64,000 nt of DNA from NCBI GenBank assembly GCA_964016885.1, contig OZ024743.1:33542001-33606000 (forward strand), given 5' to 3'. Position 1 is the first letter of the stretch, and each line of letters starts with the position of its first letter. Positions 40,638-54,131 of this stretch are shown piece by piece. The position numbers and the translations under genes are program-made. The DNA is from Eledone cirrhosa. Its lineage: Eukaryota. The notes beneath the pieces are model-generated. The model saw only the letters and a list, made by a program, of their open reading frames with translations, did not search any database and had not been told where the DNA came from.

Positions 40638-42629
40638 ATTTAGATATATGAATTATTGCATATACATGTGTATGTGTTTGTGTGTGCAAATATTGAGAAG
40701 TGAATATGTATGTGTGTGTGCATGCTTGTGTCAATGTATGAATTATTATATGTATGTATTTGTATGCTTGTGTGTACTTGTTGAGAAATAAATGCACACA
40801 CACATGCATATATTATGTGTGTGGTGTGTGTGTTTGTTGTTAGAGCACCTGATTAAATGTATTGGTATTTGTTTTGGGACTGTTTTCTGAATACAGATTC
40901 CACCAAGGTCAACTTCCTCTTTCATAGTCTCAGGGTTGATAAATAGCATGCCAGTCGAAGAGTGGTGGATTGTGGGAATTGTTAAAGAGTTTGATATGAT
41001 GCTTTGTGATATCTGTTCTGGCCCTGTGCACTTCCTGTCTCTGGAGAAGCAGTAATGCTTCTGCCAGGAGTTGTGACCAGCAGATTATTTCAACAATGGA
41101 AAAACCAATGGAAACATAGTCTCCTTGACCTCATCTGTCAATTAACTTCTTTCTCTTCCAAGATAGTGGCATGAGGTAAATTATACCAGTAACATAATTG
41201 GTTTGAAACACTCAATTTGTCTCTTTTAAAAATAGTTTTACCTGTGTGGACATATATGTAGATACATATGAATGTTAATAAGAACACAATTACACGTATA
41301 TTGTAAATCTACTTGCACACACACACGACACACACACACCACACACATAACACACACATTAATACAACTACTCACACACTTGTATACGGATACATACAAA
41401 TATATGCTGAGGCATAGATATGAAAAATTATATACATTAATTGTTGTATTGTATTGCCTCTCATAGAGATGTCAGCAGGAAGCTGATTTGATACTTTATC
41501 TCTTTGTGGTCTATCTAATCTATGAAGATAGGAAAATTATGCTTTGTAAGCCTTACTACACTTTGGAAAGAGATCAGCTTCCATGCCACTCTGAGTTGGG
41601 TATCTATAGCTTATACTGCTTGTTGATTGATGTTGAATTGAGTGGCCATTAGACTGGAGCTGTCTCTTCAATTTAAGAGATTCAAGTGAAACATTTATCA
41701 CCTTTATATCTTATTTGGACTCCACTTGGAATGTCAAACATTATTCAGAGATCTCGGTTTTCAATTTTAGATCCTGCTGACAAGGGTCTTTAAAAGGATT
41801 AAATTTTCAGTACAGGTGAGAAAAATCTCTGACAAACATTTTTTTGAATAATTGACTTCAGTCTCAGAGGAGATATTTCAATTCTACATTAATTGTATCT
41901 TCCTGAAAATTACCCAGTCCATTGCTTTACAGCTTGTACACATGGACACAGACAGAATCACAGAGAGCATACACACATTCACAGAAACAGACACCACACC
42001 ATACCACACGTACACTGCACACACACACAGACTTATGGACACCATATGCACATACATTAAAACATAGACACTGTATACACATACACTAAAACATAGACTG
42101 TATACACATACACTAAAACATAGACTCTGTATACACATACAGAAAAGCACATTACATACATACATAGAAACACTCACACCACACATACATAGAATCAAAT
42201 GCCACACATGCATGCATACTCAGACACACACACAGACATCACACACACACAGACAGAGAAACAGACACATGACATACACATACATAAAAACACAGGCACC
42301 TTACACAATTGGACAGACATGGTGAGGTATGCATATGAAACATTCATTTAAATTATGTATGAATATAGAAATCAGATCAATCCACACTTGAATGTAATAT
42401 AATAACATGAAAGAAGAGAAGAAACATTTTATGAATTATATAAATATGTTCCTTGAAAATTAGTGATTTGGAAATTATCATCAGTATGATGTGGAGTTTG
42501 AAGTGTTTGGGGTTTTAACCATTCTGATCAAAACTGCCTGAAACCACCCCTGATTCTATGCTACAAAACTTTTTCCTTTAAAATGTTTATATTCATCTGA
42601 AAAAACTTCCTTCATAATTTTATGTCAGA

Positions 42630-42806
42630 ACGTGTAGGCACCATGGAAAAAAAGCACCCAGCACTCACTGTAAATGAGGTTGGTGTTAGGAAGGGTATCC
42701 AGTTGTAGAAATCAAGCCAGAATCAGTTCCCGTATGGGCAAGACCAGGACAACCAGTCTAACCCATGCTAGCATGGAAGAACGGATGTAAAACGGTGATG
42801 ATGATG
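42630..42806 (+). mobile_element. 5'-truncated SINE family A tail
   Basis: Same tail sequence and (GAT)n. Adjoins a family-2 MITE fragment at 42516-42625. Confidence 0.82.
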
Positions 42807-45606
42807 AACCTTTACTGAGTTATGCTCCAAACACTCTGGAAATCACTGGCATTACCCAAAGCGAAATAATTAGCAGACATGTTGCACCAAGAAATTGTGT
42901 TATATGCTTGCAACAAAGCAAACATCACTAAATACAGACCCAAGAGCTAAAATGTAATGTTAAGTCTCACCACACACACACATGAATTTGTAACTCTGGT
43001 GTTTTATCATAGCACCAGCCTGATAAGTTGTTTTGCAGTACTTTAAACTCCATCTGCTCTATGCTGGTTATTATCATATCAGGGTGATTCATTTCTTAGA
43101 CAGGCCACATACACTGGAGTATACAGGCATTTTTTTCTTGGGGTTAATGACTTAGCGATTTTATTATCTTAACCATTCTAATTGACCCCCCCCCCCCTTC
43201 TTTCACACACACACACACACATACATGCATATATAGAAAAACTCCTATAAAATAATCTTTATTCTCATGAATGGTGGCATAAAACATAAAATTCAACATT
43301 TCAGAGCTATAGAAAAATTATTTTATGATGTATAGGACAAGTAGGATAGCTTAGAAAAAATGAGTAAACCCCATAAATGTGGAAAACCAAATTCATTGCA
43401 ACCATTGGAGAATAAACATTTGTAGTTTGTTTTTAGTTTTTAAATAATTTCATCGAATTGACTAAATTATTCTGCTTTTTGTATGATTTCATTATTTGTT
43501 TATATAACACTTTGTTCTATTGTTTTGGTCTGACAATAGGTTGTGTTTATCTGTTTAGTTTCATCTTTGGAATTGTAATATGTGTAATATGTGTATGTGT
43601 ATATGTCTACAGTGTAATAGGAATAAATAACCTGGAAACATTCTACATTAAAGTAAAACATTACACAATACACACAACATAGATATTTCTTATGAAACTG
43701 TTTCAATGTTTGTCACACACAGTAGCAACGCACTGTTTTCTGCTAGTTATTTTCAGATTTTATTGTTATTTTAGCTTATTTGTTTACCAATTAATAACAA
43801 ACAATGGACTGTAAATATGATCATTAGATGAAGCAGAGAAATATGTGAATATCTGTATAAGTTTACATGCATATATGAGTTTCTGCATGAAATATATTAC
43901 ATGTGTGTATGTAGGTAGTTGGCAGAATTGTTAGAGCATTGGGTATTTGTTCTGACTCTTGAATTCAAATCCTGCTAAGGTCCACTTTGCCTTTTCATTC
44001 TTTTGGGGTCAATAAAAAAGTACCAGTCTAGTGATGGTTGCAGCGCTCTCTATTTCCAGGTGTCAGATCTTGAATATTATGCTGGATTATGAGAGAAAGA
44101 GTTGAAAGTGTTTATCTCTGCACACAACTGCTTCATGGGTACATAAAACCCTTAGTAGTATGTACCATTACTTTTGCTAAGTCCTATTCAATTCTATTTC
44201 TTGGAAGAAACAACTTTTTAAACTCTTTAATGGTTTGCATAAGAGAAACTATATAATTTATGTTGATTACCGAATTATGGAAGTGATTAAAGATAAGAAT
44301 ATTTTAATAAAGTATTTCTGGGATATAGTTGCATAAATATTTAGCATGTACAAATGATAGGATTAAATGTATAAGTAACCTTGGAAAAATGACTTTACTG
44401 AGACAAATATAGGGTTAGAACTCAGGACCTTGTGATTGGAAAGTGAACTTCTTATTATAACAATAAGACTAAGATAGGAAATGCATTGTGTGTGTATGTT
44501 TATATGTTTCTGGTGTAAATTTTAAAGAGTTACAGACAGGTATATATAAATAAACATACACACATGATATATTATTATGATTGATAATAATTTAATCAAA
44601 ATCAAAAATTTATTAGAGTTTCAGTTTAAAGGTTTTTCTTTAAATTAAATAATATAAAAGGTTGTTCATATTGTTATTCACTTACAACCTTAGACATTTG
44701 TATAACTGATGGCACTTGTTATTGAGCCCTTCAAACAGCAAATTCTAATTTGTAGAAGTGGCAAACATGTTCTGAAGGAATGAAATTTTAATTTGGCTTC
44801 AGTATTTATATCTTTGTAGGAAAATAAAAGCCCAGAGAAAGTCCTTAAATCTAAAATACTCCTCATTATGATCATCTTTAGATATAGACATTGTTTTGAA
44901 TTATTTTTCTTAATTTTACAATGGGTAGTAAGATTTAATATGGTTTTATTTTGTGATGAATTGCCAGAGGCAAAGATTAAATGCCTTGTTATTTGTTTCA
45001 GATCTATGTGCTCTCATTTTAATATTTACTTTGTCCTCCATCCTCTTGTGGTTGACAAAGGAGTCAATGTTTTGCACTATTTGTTCTGCCTTTGTGCATT
45101 TCTGTCGTTGGAAAAATAGTGATGTTTATGGCAACTGTTGTGGCCATCAGATAGTATATTTCCTTGGTTTGTTTTAAATTATCAGTTCTTTTCCTTTATC
45201 TTATCATGCTTACAATGTTATTCCGTCCATTCAGAATCTTGTGAATCTGATTAATCAAATTATCATCATTTAATATACAGTAAAATACATGTATGCTTTT
45301 AAATTAGAAAGGTGCTTATACACTTGTATTCATTCATTCTGTTACTGGTTTCAGTTTGTTGATATGCTAGGGCACCAACCTGAAGGGATTTAGTTGATCA
45401 GTATTTTTTTAAGCCTGGTTCTTTATTGGTCTCTATTTGGTGAACCACTCAGTAAATGAACATAAACAAATAGGGACACACATTTAAATACACAATGAGC
45501 TTCTACACAGTTTCTACCTACCAATTTACATTCACAAGGCATTGGTAAACCCTAGGTTATAATTGAAGATGCTTGAAACCATGTGGCTGTGAAGCAAACT
45601 CCTTAA

Positions 45607-45805
45607 CCCTTTAACATTTATATTACTATTATATTTTCATGGTAAAGGCTTTATCTCACATAATATGGAATCTATGAGATTTTGATGATGTTATTATTCA
45701 TTTTGAGAATAATACCTTAATGTCAGTATGAGTGGCCGATTATGACCATTTTGAACAGAAGTGAGAGATTTCTGGCCAGATATGGTCGGTTAAAAGGCTG
45801 AATGG
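45607..45805 (-). mobile_element. piggyBac-like MITE family 1 inserted in the TTAA of a SINE C head
   Basis: gcaaactcc-TTAA-[MITE]-TTAA-ccatacaatcatgcc. Confidence 0.82.
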
Positions 45806-46520
45806 TTAACCATACAATCATGCCACATGTTAACAGATTTTTTTAAATTCGTAAATCAGTTTACAATAAACCTATGATATGTAGTAATATTTTGTGTGTA
45901 TATGTATACTTGTGTAGGTTTAATATTGTTTTTCATATAGATTATAGGAAGATAAAATAATTAGTAAAAGTATCTATTGATAGATTACAGATGTTTACAT
46001 ACAACATTACATTTTGCACTTGGTCTACTAATTAAGAAAACTATTACTAAATTCTACTGCTAAATTTAGCTACAAGTAGCAATAATTTCAACACTGCTCC
46101 AACAAACACCTAATCAAGCTAGTATTAAATTAATTAGTTGGTAATTTTCTAGTTAGATTTTAGGAATTAGTCTTGGGGGTTTCACACTCAGGCTAATATA
46201 TTTTAGTAGTTTGACTTTTTGTTTTCATTAAATTACAAGTAAAATTGATTGATTGAAACAATTGATAGTTATTTTTAATGTGTTTATATGAGAGACTGAA
46301 TTAAATTTTCTAAAATGCTTCATATAATGAGGATCAAAGTAGAAAATCTTCCAAGATTGTTTTTTTATGTAGACTCTAAAATGTTTTTTTTTTTCAATTA
46401 CTTTTGCACTTTGGCATGTTTATATTTCTAAATATTAGAAATATAGATATTATTTGCTAAAAGTCATTGAAGTCACTGTCTTTATTTTCAATTATTATTT
46501 TTTTAAATCTGCTATTTTAA

Positions 46521-46735
46521 CCGTTTAGCATTTACATTACTCTATATCGTATTTTTCACAGTAAATGCATTACCTCACATAATTATCTCCTATAATATTG
46601 AATCTATGAGATTTTGACATTATTTATTTTGAGAACAATACCTTAATATAAGTATGAGTAGCTGGTTATGGCCATTTTGAACAGAAAGAGGTGAAAGAAT
46701 TCTGGTTGGATATGGTCAGTTGAAATGCTAAAGGG
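46521..46735 (-). mobile_element. piggyBac-like MITE family 1
   Basis: TTAA|ccgtttagcattta ... tgaaatgctaaaggg|TTAA. Confidence 0.85.
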
Positions 46736-47093
46736 TTAATTAACATGTGTATAAATGCTGCAATTTTGTTTTACTTTTTTTATGAATATATTTAAATACC
46801 TTCAGTTAAAAATGACAAGATGCTGTTGGATAGTTGTCTTTTAATCAGTGCCTATGTTTCCAGTTAACACTACTGGCCAACCACTTTTAGCAATTACTAT
46901 TTAATGTCCACCCTGTTTGGAGAAAGATTGCAAAAAAGCTGGTATTAGTGGAAGAGAATATTTGTAAGCAGACATAATGAGTTGAGTTAGAAAAATTGGT
47001 TGCAAATTGTATGATTAGTGAAAGTTGTATAGTCTGACTTAACACACTACTGGCAAAGTAGTACGCTTCTCATCAGTATTTGTAAATTTACAG

Positions 47094-47221
47094 GTGCTGG
47101 AGCTCACATACGCACAAGTGCTGGCCTAGGAAGTAGTGGCTGTGGTACAGCTGGTAAACAGAGTGATTACATAGTCCAGTTTGGGGATGCTCTTGACGTC
47201 AAACCCTATCTTAGTATTGAG
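47094..47221 (+). CDS. Candidate internal coding exon of an unidentified host gene (128 nt, phase 1 to 0)
   Basis: Acceptor tttacag|G, consensus donor GAG|gtaagt. Open frame AGAHIRTSAGLGSSGCGTAGKQSDYIVQFGDALDVKPYLSIE. GC-richer than flanks and non-repetitive in the window. Confidence 0.55.
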
Positions 47222-47558
47222 GTAAGTTCCATTTAATCTATTTAAAAATTCCATTTCTTTTCACAACTCATTCTTTTTCTAAAAAATTAAAAAATCATTT
47301 TTGTTGACATTTTAAAAACACACACACATGCAAAAAAAACACAATAAAACAACAAAAAAGACTGGTACTTCTAAAAAATACTTAAAATATGTAAAAAGAA
47401 TATTAATTTAAAATGGTTGAACATAACTGTCTGTAATTTATTTATTTTTTTCTTTACCAAACATCACTGTCAAATCTAATATTTGTTCATACTTATTTTA
47501 GTAATTGCATGTGTAGAATATAGGAGGGGGACTGGCACCGTGTGTTTATATATATATA

Positions 47559-47594
<36 letters not shown>

Positions 47595-47728
47595 GTAGAA
47601 TTAACGGTGCAGTTGGATTGTGTTCACAGGCGGTATGACAAAATGAGTACTTGTTCCTATTGAGAATCAGTGTTGCATCATAAACATGTATATGATGTAA
47701 CACTGGTTCTTTGTTCCCTAATTATTAT

Positions 47729-49360
47729 ATCATCATCATCATCATCATCAACGTTTAACATCCGTGTTCCACGCTTGCATGGGTTTGGACAGGGGTAGTC
47801 CCACTTGAGGCAAGAGTGATTGTCTTGCTCGCATAGGACTATCCTGCAGGTTTTCTACAGTTGGATGCCCTTCCTAACACCAACCACATTTACAGTGTGG
47901 GTCTGGGAGGTTTTTACCGTGTTGCCTACACGGCCACATTACAGCGTGGACTGTGTGTTTTTTTGTCGTGACACCTACACGATCTCATTTGTTTCGGCCT
48001 GGATGGCGCGGCACCAACATAACTTTACATAGAACGGGGTGGTGTGGGGGTGGTGGTGGGACGGGGTGTATTTTGTTAGAGATGCCTACTGGCTGTAGTA
48101 GGTTTTACTATGTATTTAGGTAAGGCGGGTCTTCTCTGTTACTGAGTACCGCCAAAGGTCTCGGTCCAGTGACATTGTCTTGGTGAGGTGTAAGTGTGTG
48201 AGGTCGGAGTTTATCAGCTCGTCCCAGGTTTTTCTAGGTCTGCCTATTCCGTGGCTACCATCTATCTTTATTGCCCTGCACTTTGTTATAAAGCTATCGA
48301 CTTTCATGCGCATCACGTGTCCATACCAACGTAGCCTTCTCTCGAGTAAACAACATCTGATCCCTCTTATTTCTAATTTTTTCCTTAGTTCGTTTATGCT
48401 TTGCCGTTCACGTATATTACTGTTACACATCCAGCGGAGCATGCAAGCTTCGTTTCTCTCTAGTCTGCGTATATCCTCTGCACACAATGCCCAGGTCTCA
48501 CTGCCATGCAACATTGCTGTTCGTATGCAGGCATCGTACAACCTGCCTTTCATTTTTAGGGAGAACCCTTTAGCAGCTAATAGTGGTATAAGCTCTCTGA
48601 ACTTTTTCCAACCAGTTCTGACTCTAGCTACTGTACTTTCAGAGCACCCTCCCCCACTGCTGATTTTATCGCCCAGGTAACGGAAGCTGTCCACTATTTC
48701 TATAGAACCCTCTGCGCAATTGAAAGAGCTAGTATTTTGTGGGCACTTGCTGCTACTTATTGCACCAGAGCACCGGCCACATGTAAAATCTATGTTCTTA
48801 GTTAGCTTACCTGTGATTCCACTACATCTTTTATGCACCCATACTTTGCATTTAGGACATAAAATGGAGTTTCTACCTACGCCTTTCCTACACACTGAGC
48901 ATGGCCATTTCCCAGAAGGGACCGCCGCCTTATTTTCTTTCCTACAAACTAGAACTTTAGTCTTAGCCAGGTTAATTTTAAGTCCTTTTGATTCTAGGCC
49001 GTGCTTCCATGTTTGGAATTTCTTCTCTAGCTCGGCCATTGATTCCGCTATGAGTGTCAGGTCGTCTGCGTATAGGAGTTCCCATGGGCAGCCGGTCTTG
49101 AACTCCTCTGTTATAGCCTGAAGGGCAATAATAAATAGTAGGGGGCTGAGAACAGAGCCCTGATGGACGCCAACTTTTACGCTAAACTCTTCACTATATT
49201 CGTTGTTAATTCTAACCTTGCTGACTGTTTCTTTATACATGGCTTGTATAGCCCTCACAAGCCATTCGTCGACGCCTAGTTTTCTAAGAGCCCACCAGAT
49301 AATGGAGTGGGAGACTCTGTCGAAGGCTTTCTCCAAGTCGACAAAAGCTAAGTAGAGGGT
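47729..49360 (-). mobile_element. RTE-clade LINE copy 2 (5'-truncated) with 3' UTR and (GAT)n tail
   Basis: Reverse-complement homology to 32980-34727. (CAT)n at 47729-47750. The 5' junction abuts (TA)n at 49361. Confidence 0.95.
48116..49360 (-). CDS. RTE LINE ORF fragment (RT C-terminal half + PHD finger + C-terminus), 5'-truncated, open frame
   Basis: 406-aa ORF differing from copy 1 at about 13 residues by manual comparison. YADD and FRYLG are intact. Confidence 0.93.
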   Translation of the reverse strand, partial: TLYLAFVDLEKAFDRVSHSIIWWALRKLGVDEWLVRAIQAMYKETVSKVRINNEYSEEFSVKVGVHQGSVLSPLLFIIALQAITEEFKTGCPWELLYADDLTLIAESMAELEKKFQTWKHGLESKGLKINLAKTKVLVCRKENKAAVPSGKWPCSVCRKGVGRNSILCPKCKVWVHKRCSGITGKLTKNIDFTCGRCSGAISSSKCPQNTSSFNCAEGSIEIVDSFRYLGDKISSGGGCSESTVARVRTGWKKFRELIPLLAAKGFSLKMKGRLYDACIRTAMLHGSETWALCAEDIRRLERNEACMLRWMCNSNIRERQSINELRKKLEIRGIRCCLLERRLRWYGHVMRMKVDSFITKCRAIKIDGSHGIGRPRKTWDELINSDLTHLHLTKTMSLDRDLWRYSVTEKTRLT

Positions 49361-50990
49361 TATATATATATATAATAGGAATTTTTTAACATGAATTTTT
49401 TAACATGAATTTTATCTGTAGTAATAATAGTCAATATTTACCAAAACTAACTACAGATAAAATTCATGTTAAAATTCCTATTATATATAGGAATTTTATC
49501 TGTAGTTACTTTCGGTAAATATTGAATATTTGTTTTCATATTTTCATACAATGAACTATCCCCATAACAGCCATTAACATTATGCATATATATTATATGA
49601 TGTTTTGTAATTTATCCACTAACACTGCTGCTTCCATTACCTTTTTTTCCTTCATAAAAGTAAGAAATTCCACCTGTTGACACTTTGGTGTAGTCTTAGT
49701 TAAATGGAAGACATCTTTTTGAGTGTATTACAAATGATTGTTGTTTACTCTTTCAATTTTGAAAATCGTAAAAAATTTGGTAAGATTTATTTATATAACT
49801 TGCTTTCTCACTATTAATTTGGTGTTAGGAACAAAACTTAAAGGTTCATATATAAAATTGTAATGGAAGGGTTTTAGATAAATATAAACGTGTTAAATTA
49901 AACGGTTTTATATCATAGAGCTAGAGGCAGTTTCAGATACTTTGGTATCAAAAAGAGCTGAACTCTTACAGTTGATAATTTTGTCTTAAAGAGGCTTTTG
50001 ATAAGTATATCCATCACTAACTGCTCATTCCAGATACACAAATACCTAAATTTTATGTATTATCTACATATAGTTCCTCCAATGTAACTAAAGCCATGTT
50101 AGTAATATAAATAGACAATAAAGATTATTTATCCATTAATCTAGTTTAATTTGATAGAAACTCTCTTACACTATTAGACAAATTGTGTTTAACAATGTCA
50201 CCAGCAATAATATATCGGGGAAAATTCCCTATTGGGGAAAAGTTTCTTTGGCAATCTTCCTAATAGTATTAGACTAATTTACTCATCACAAATTGAGTAA
50301 TTTATCATATGCCATAACATTTAATGTGATGATATCTATTTAGAACTCTTTTATTCCTCTGATACATGTAATAATATTACTTTGTAGAACTCTTGTCTAT
50401 TAATAACAATATTTTGACATTTTTCTTCATTGAAGCTGATGTGAGGTGTAGTGATCTTATGCTGCTAGATACGGTCACGATTAGATAATTACTTTAGAAC
50501 CTGAAAAATTATTACTGTTCATTGACTCTGTAACTAAAGCAATTAACTCTGCCACTTTCGAGGAGAAAAGAAGCAGAAGCAAGAATGAAATGTTTGAAAA
50601 TTTAAATCTAATTCATCTAAGCTGAATGTTGTCAAGATTAATATAGAGACATTTTCTTTTTTTTTTTTTTGCTTCCTTTAATTTTCATCAGTATTAAAAT
50701 TGAAGATTTTGGCTTTTAAATTTACCTCATTTTAAACTGACTTCCAAACACTGTCGGATGCTTTTAACCTTTCCTCTTTTAATGATAAAATAAGACTACA
50801 AAATATCAAGTATATGATAGTGCTGCCATTCAAAATATCAAATTATGATACTGCTATCAATAGTAAGCTTTGCTTTACCTGAAGTATGGTGTTTTCTTTA
50901 CAAGAGAAAAAAAACATTATCCAATTAATGGAGTTTCTCATACAAATATCTATCAACAGTTTTACTAGTCACTTGCTCTTATTAAAGAAT

Positions 50991-51310
50991 AGTTTACATT
51001 GCTCCATTCAACCACCATACACTTTCAATCAGTAAGGGAGATTTTATGTTACTCCCTATCTCCTCCATTACTACTACTTCCTTTTATCATCTTAGAGAGG
51101 ATGGTTTGCTCAATCTCATCTGACTCTGTGTGATCTGATTGCAAAGAAAAGTTTACATTGCTACATTCAACCACCATACACCTTCAGTCAGCAAGAGAGT
51201 TTTTATGTCACTCCCTAACTCCTCCATTACTACTACTTCCCTTACCATCTTTGAGTCAGAGAGGATGGTTTGCTCTATCTGATCCGACTTTGTGTGACCT
51301 GATTGCAAAC
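50991..51310. repeat. ~160-bp direct tandem duplication (2 diverged units)
   Basis: agtttacattgct...gattgcaaa occurs at 50991-51149 and 51150-51310. Confidence 0.9.
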
Positions 51311-51611
51311 CCCACCTTCTGCCAGGAGTTGTTGTAACTGACAGATAGTATCAGCAATTGAAAGACCAACAGAAACCTTATTTAATTGGTCTAATCTGAC
51401 AATCAGCTTTCTCTTTTTTTTTTTAAATATTATTTTAGCTCTGCTTTCTCCATTATGTTTATACTATCTTCTCTTTCCCCATTCTCTCAATCAAATTCGT
51501 TTTGAAGTATGGGGACTATATGAATTAGAGAGGACTCTATCTTTGCAGGCAACATGGCAACCTGTCTAATGTTGGTGCCATGATTTGATTTTATCAGCCT
51601 CCAAATAATTT

Positions 51612-52000
51612 TTTCTATTTTTGGCACAAAGCCAGCAAATATCCAGTGCATTACTGGTACTTTATTTTATCGACCCCGTAAGGATGAACGGCAAAGTTAA
51701 CCTCAGCGGGATTTGAACTTAGAATGGCAAGGGCTGTAACTCTATGCGTCAAAGCATGGTGTCCGACCCTCTACCAATCGAAAAGCAAAGTTGACCCTAG
51801 TTGTAATTGCGATTTCTAATTCAGGAACAAGGCCATCAATTTGTGGGGAGAAGAAGTCAATTACATCTACCTCAGTATGTGTCTGGTATTATATTTTATC
51901 TATCCTGGAAGGACAAAATATTTGAACTCGGAGCATAAAGAGCTAGAACAAATACAGCTAAGCATATGTTTGATGCTTGAACAACTCTGCCAATCCATCA
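51612..52000 (-). mobile_element. Two adjacent SINE family B copies (one young, one decayed)
   Basis: ggcacaaagccagca...ccagtgcattactggtactttattttatcgaccccgtaaggatg matches 7829-8011. Confidence 0.8.
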
Positions 52001-52622
52001 TCCTCACTCGGATGCTAATAACAACTGCTGTACTGCATGTTAGAAAAGGAAATTGACATTAAATATAAATTGAATGAATTAATACTAGTTAGTACCTTGG
52101 GCTTCAGTCACTGGTAATAGTGGGTAATGTAGCGGTAGCAATTAAGTGTTGAAATATCATATATTGCATTAAAGATAATGCCAAATCTATAAAGCTTTTT
52201 TGTTGTTGTTGTCTCTCTTTTTATCAATGACAGCTCAATATTTAGATCACTCACATAATAACCAATCAGCAACAGTATTCATTTCTTTGTATAAAAAAAT
52301 AACTGACTTTACAATGCCTTAGTAACTTCAAAACATCAAACTGAATCAATTCAATATTCCGACCCAGTTTAATCTCTGAAGTAGTTTCTGAAACTTGAAA
52401 ACAAAATGTGGAACCCTATCTTTGTTCACTAATGCAGAAAGCAATAAGACTATTGATCTTAATTATTGATACATAATCAACAAAGATCTGGTGGTGGTGG
52501 TGGTGGAGGGGGTTTCCCTATCACAGTCTTGTTCTTTCTGGGGTTTTTTCTACCACAATTTTGTTACTAACACTTTGACTGATGTGGTTATGTGAGTTGT
52601 TGACTAAATCTTTCTGATAGTA

Positions 52623-52654
<32 letters not shown>

Positions 52655-54043
52655 GTTGTTGTTGTTGTTCTCTTGTATGAATTGTTGATTAACTGTTGAA
52701 CCCAGGCAGAAATATCATAGCTAGTTAAACTATTGACCAGTCTTTCATTGTTAGATTGATTGATTGATCTGTAGAAGCAGCATTGATCAGGTTGAGTAAA
52801 ATAGTTGATAGGTTTGCCATTCAATTAAACATCCCTGAAGTTTCTATCACGTAGAAACTCTGAGTTTGGAGAGATTTCTTTTGAAATATTTGTAAATTAT
52901 AATTTAGCTTGCAGTCATGTTGGTACATTATTGCACTGGAAAATAGAAAAAATATAGAGATAGAGCCATTTGACTGTTTCATTACCAGATTTCTCATGAA
53001 ATATGCTGTATTTGAATTAATGACAAATTTGGAGGATTTACTAAAACCATTAATTATTTCATTATTAATAACTTAACAAAAAGGTTCTGATATGAAATTA
53101 TATTGGAATATTTTGGTTTAAGTAGGAATCCTTTAAAGTGTGTCTGTGTGTGTGGTAGTTATAAAACTATGGCTGCTTTGGGTCAGGCTGGTTTCAAAAG
53201 AGTCACATTTAGAGGATAGAATTGAAAAAAAGATTACACTTGTTTCTATGTGTGGATATGTCTCTGTGGCCTTGGTTTTAAGATAATGAGTATATTAGCT
53301 CTTAGTGTTGAAACACATTGAACAAGGTGCTCTATTTGGTTTGACTTTCAGGTAATGCTGCTGCTGCTAAATGTGCTGCCCTTCTAGAAACATCACTCTC
53401 TACTCATCTAATATCTCTTTGTAATCTACCATTTCCAAACTTATACTTTCAACTAATCTCTTTACTATAGCATACTATTCACATTTTACAGAAAGTGTAT
53501 CTGCTCTATACCAGTGTCTAGTTATATTTGAAGTAGGTTTATAATCAATACTAGTACACAACCCATTGTGTTTTGGTTGGAATCAGTCATATTCTGTTTC
53601 TACACCAGGCTTTAACAAAGCTATCCAAGTGGATTATATCATCATCACCATCATCATTTAATGTCCATTTTCCCTGCTAGCAAAGTTTGAATGGGTTTTC
53701 ACATATTGAATCAATACTCAAGCAGTGCTACTGACCTCTCAAGTGGTCCAAGGCCTGCATCTCACTTACTGAGTTCATTCTATCATGGGACCAGCACTAA
53801 GGAGGTTGTCATGCCTGACATAGTTGAAGGGTCCTCCCGACTCATTGTTTGACAGGATTATATATCTGTTATTTAAGTGAGTAACTTGTGGTTACTAGTG
53901 GCAACACTGTTCAAAGCACTCAATGCTGTTATGGGGTCCGTCTCTCATTGGGTTGTGCTCCAGGTTTAAGGTGACTGTAGTTTGCTGAGTGTATATATAA
54001 AGTGACATTAGGAAATCAGATTTGCAGCTTATGAAGCTTTATT

Positions 54044-54131
54044 GCATATTACAACTGTTTCAATATCAGTCAGCTCAGGTTTGATCAGGCGATCGGATCC
54101 TGCCTCTTAATCGGCACCTCCTCAGATATGC
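54044..54131 (-). ncRNA. Type-I hammerhead ribozyme motif with long stem II
   Basis: Minus strand reads gcatat-CTGAGGA-(57 nt)-GAAA-cagttg-TA-atatgc-AATAAA. Perfect 6-bp stem I, near-palindromic stem III, GUA site. Confidence 0.75.

Noticed and set aside
48180-49121. Plus-strand ORFs of 166 and 133 aa (and antisense ORFs within 31339-33942)
   Set aside because: Antisense shadows of the LINE ORF.
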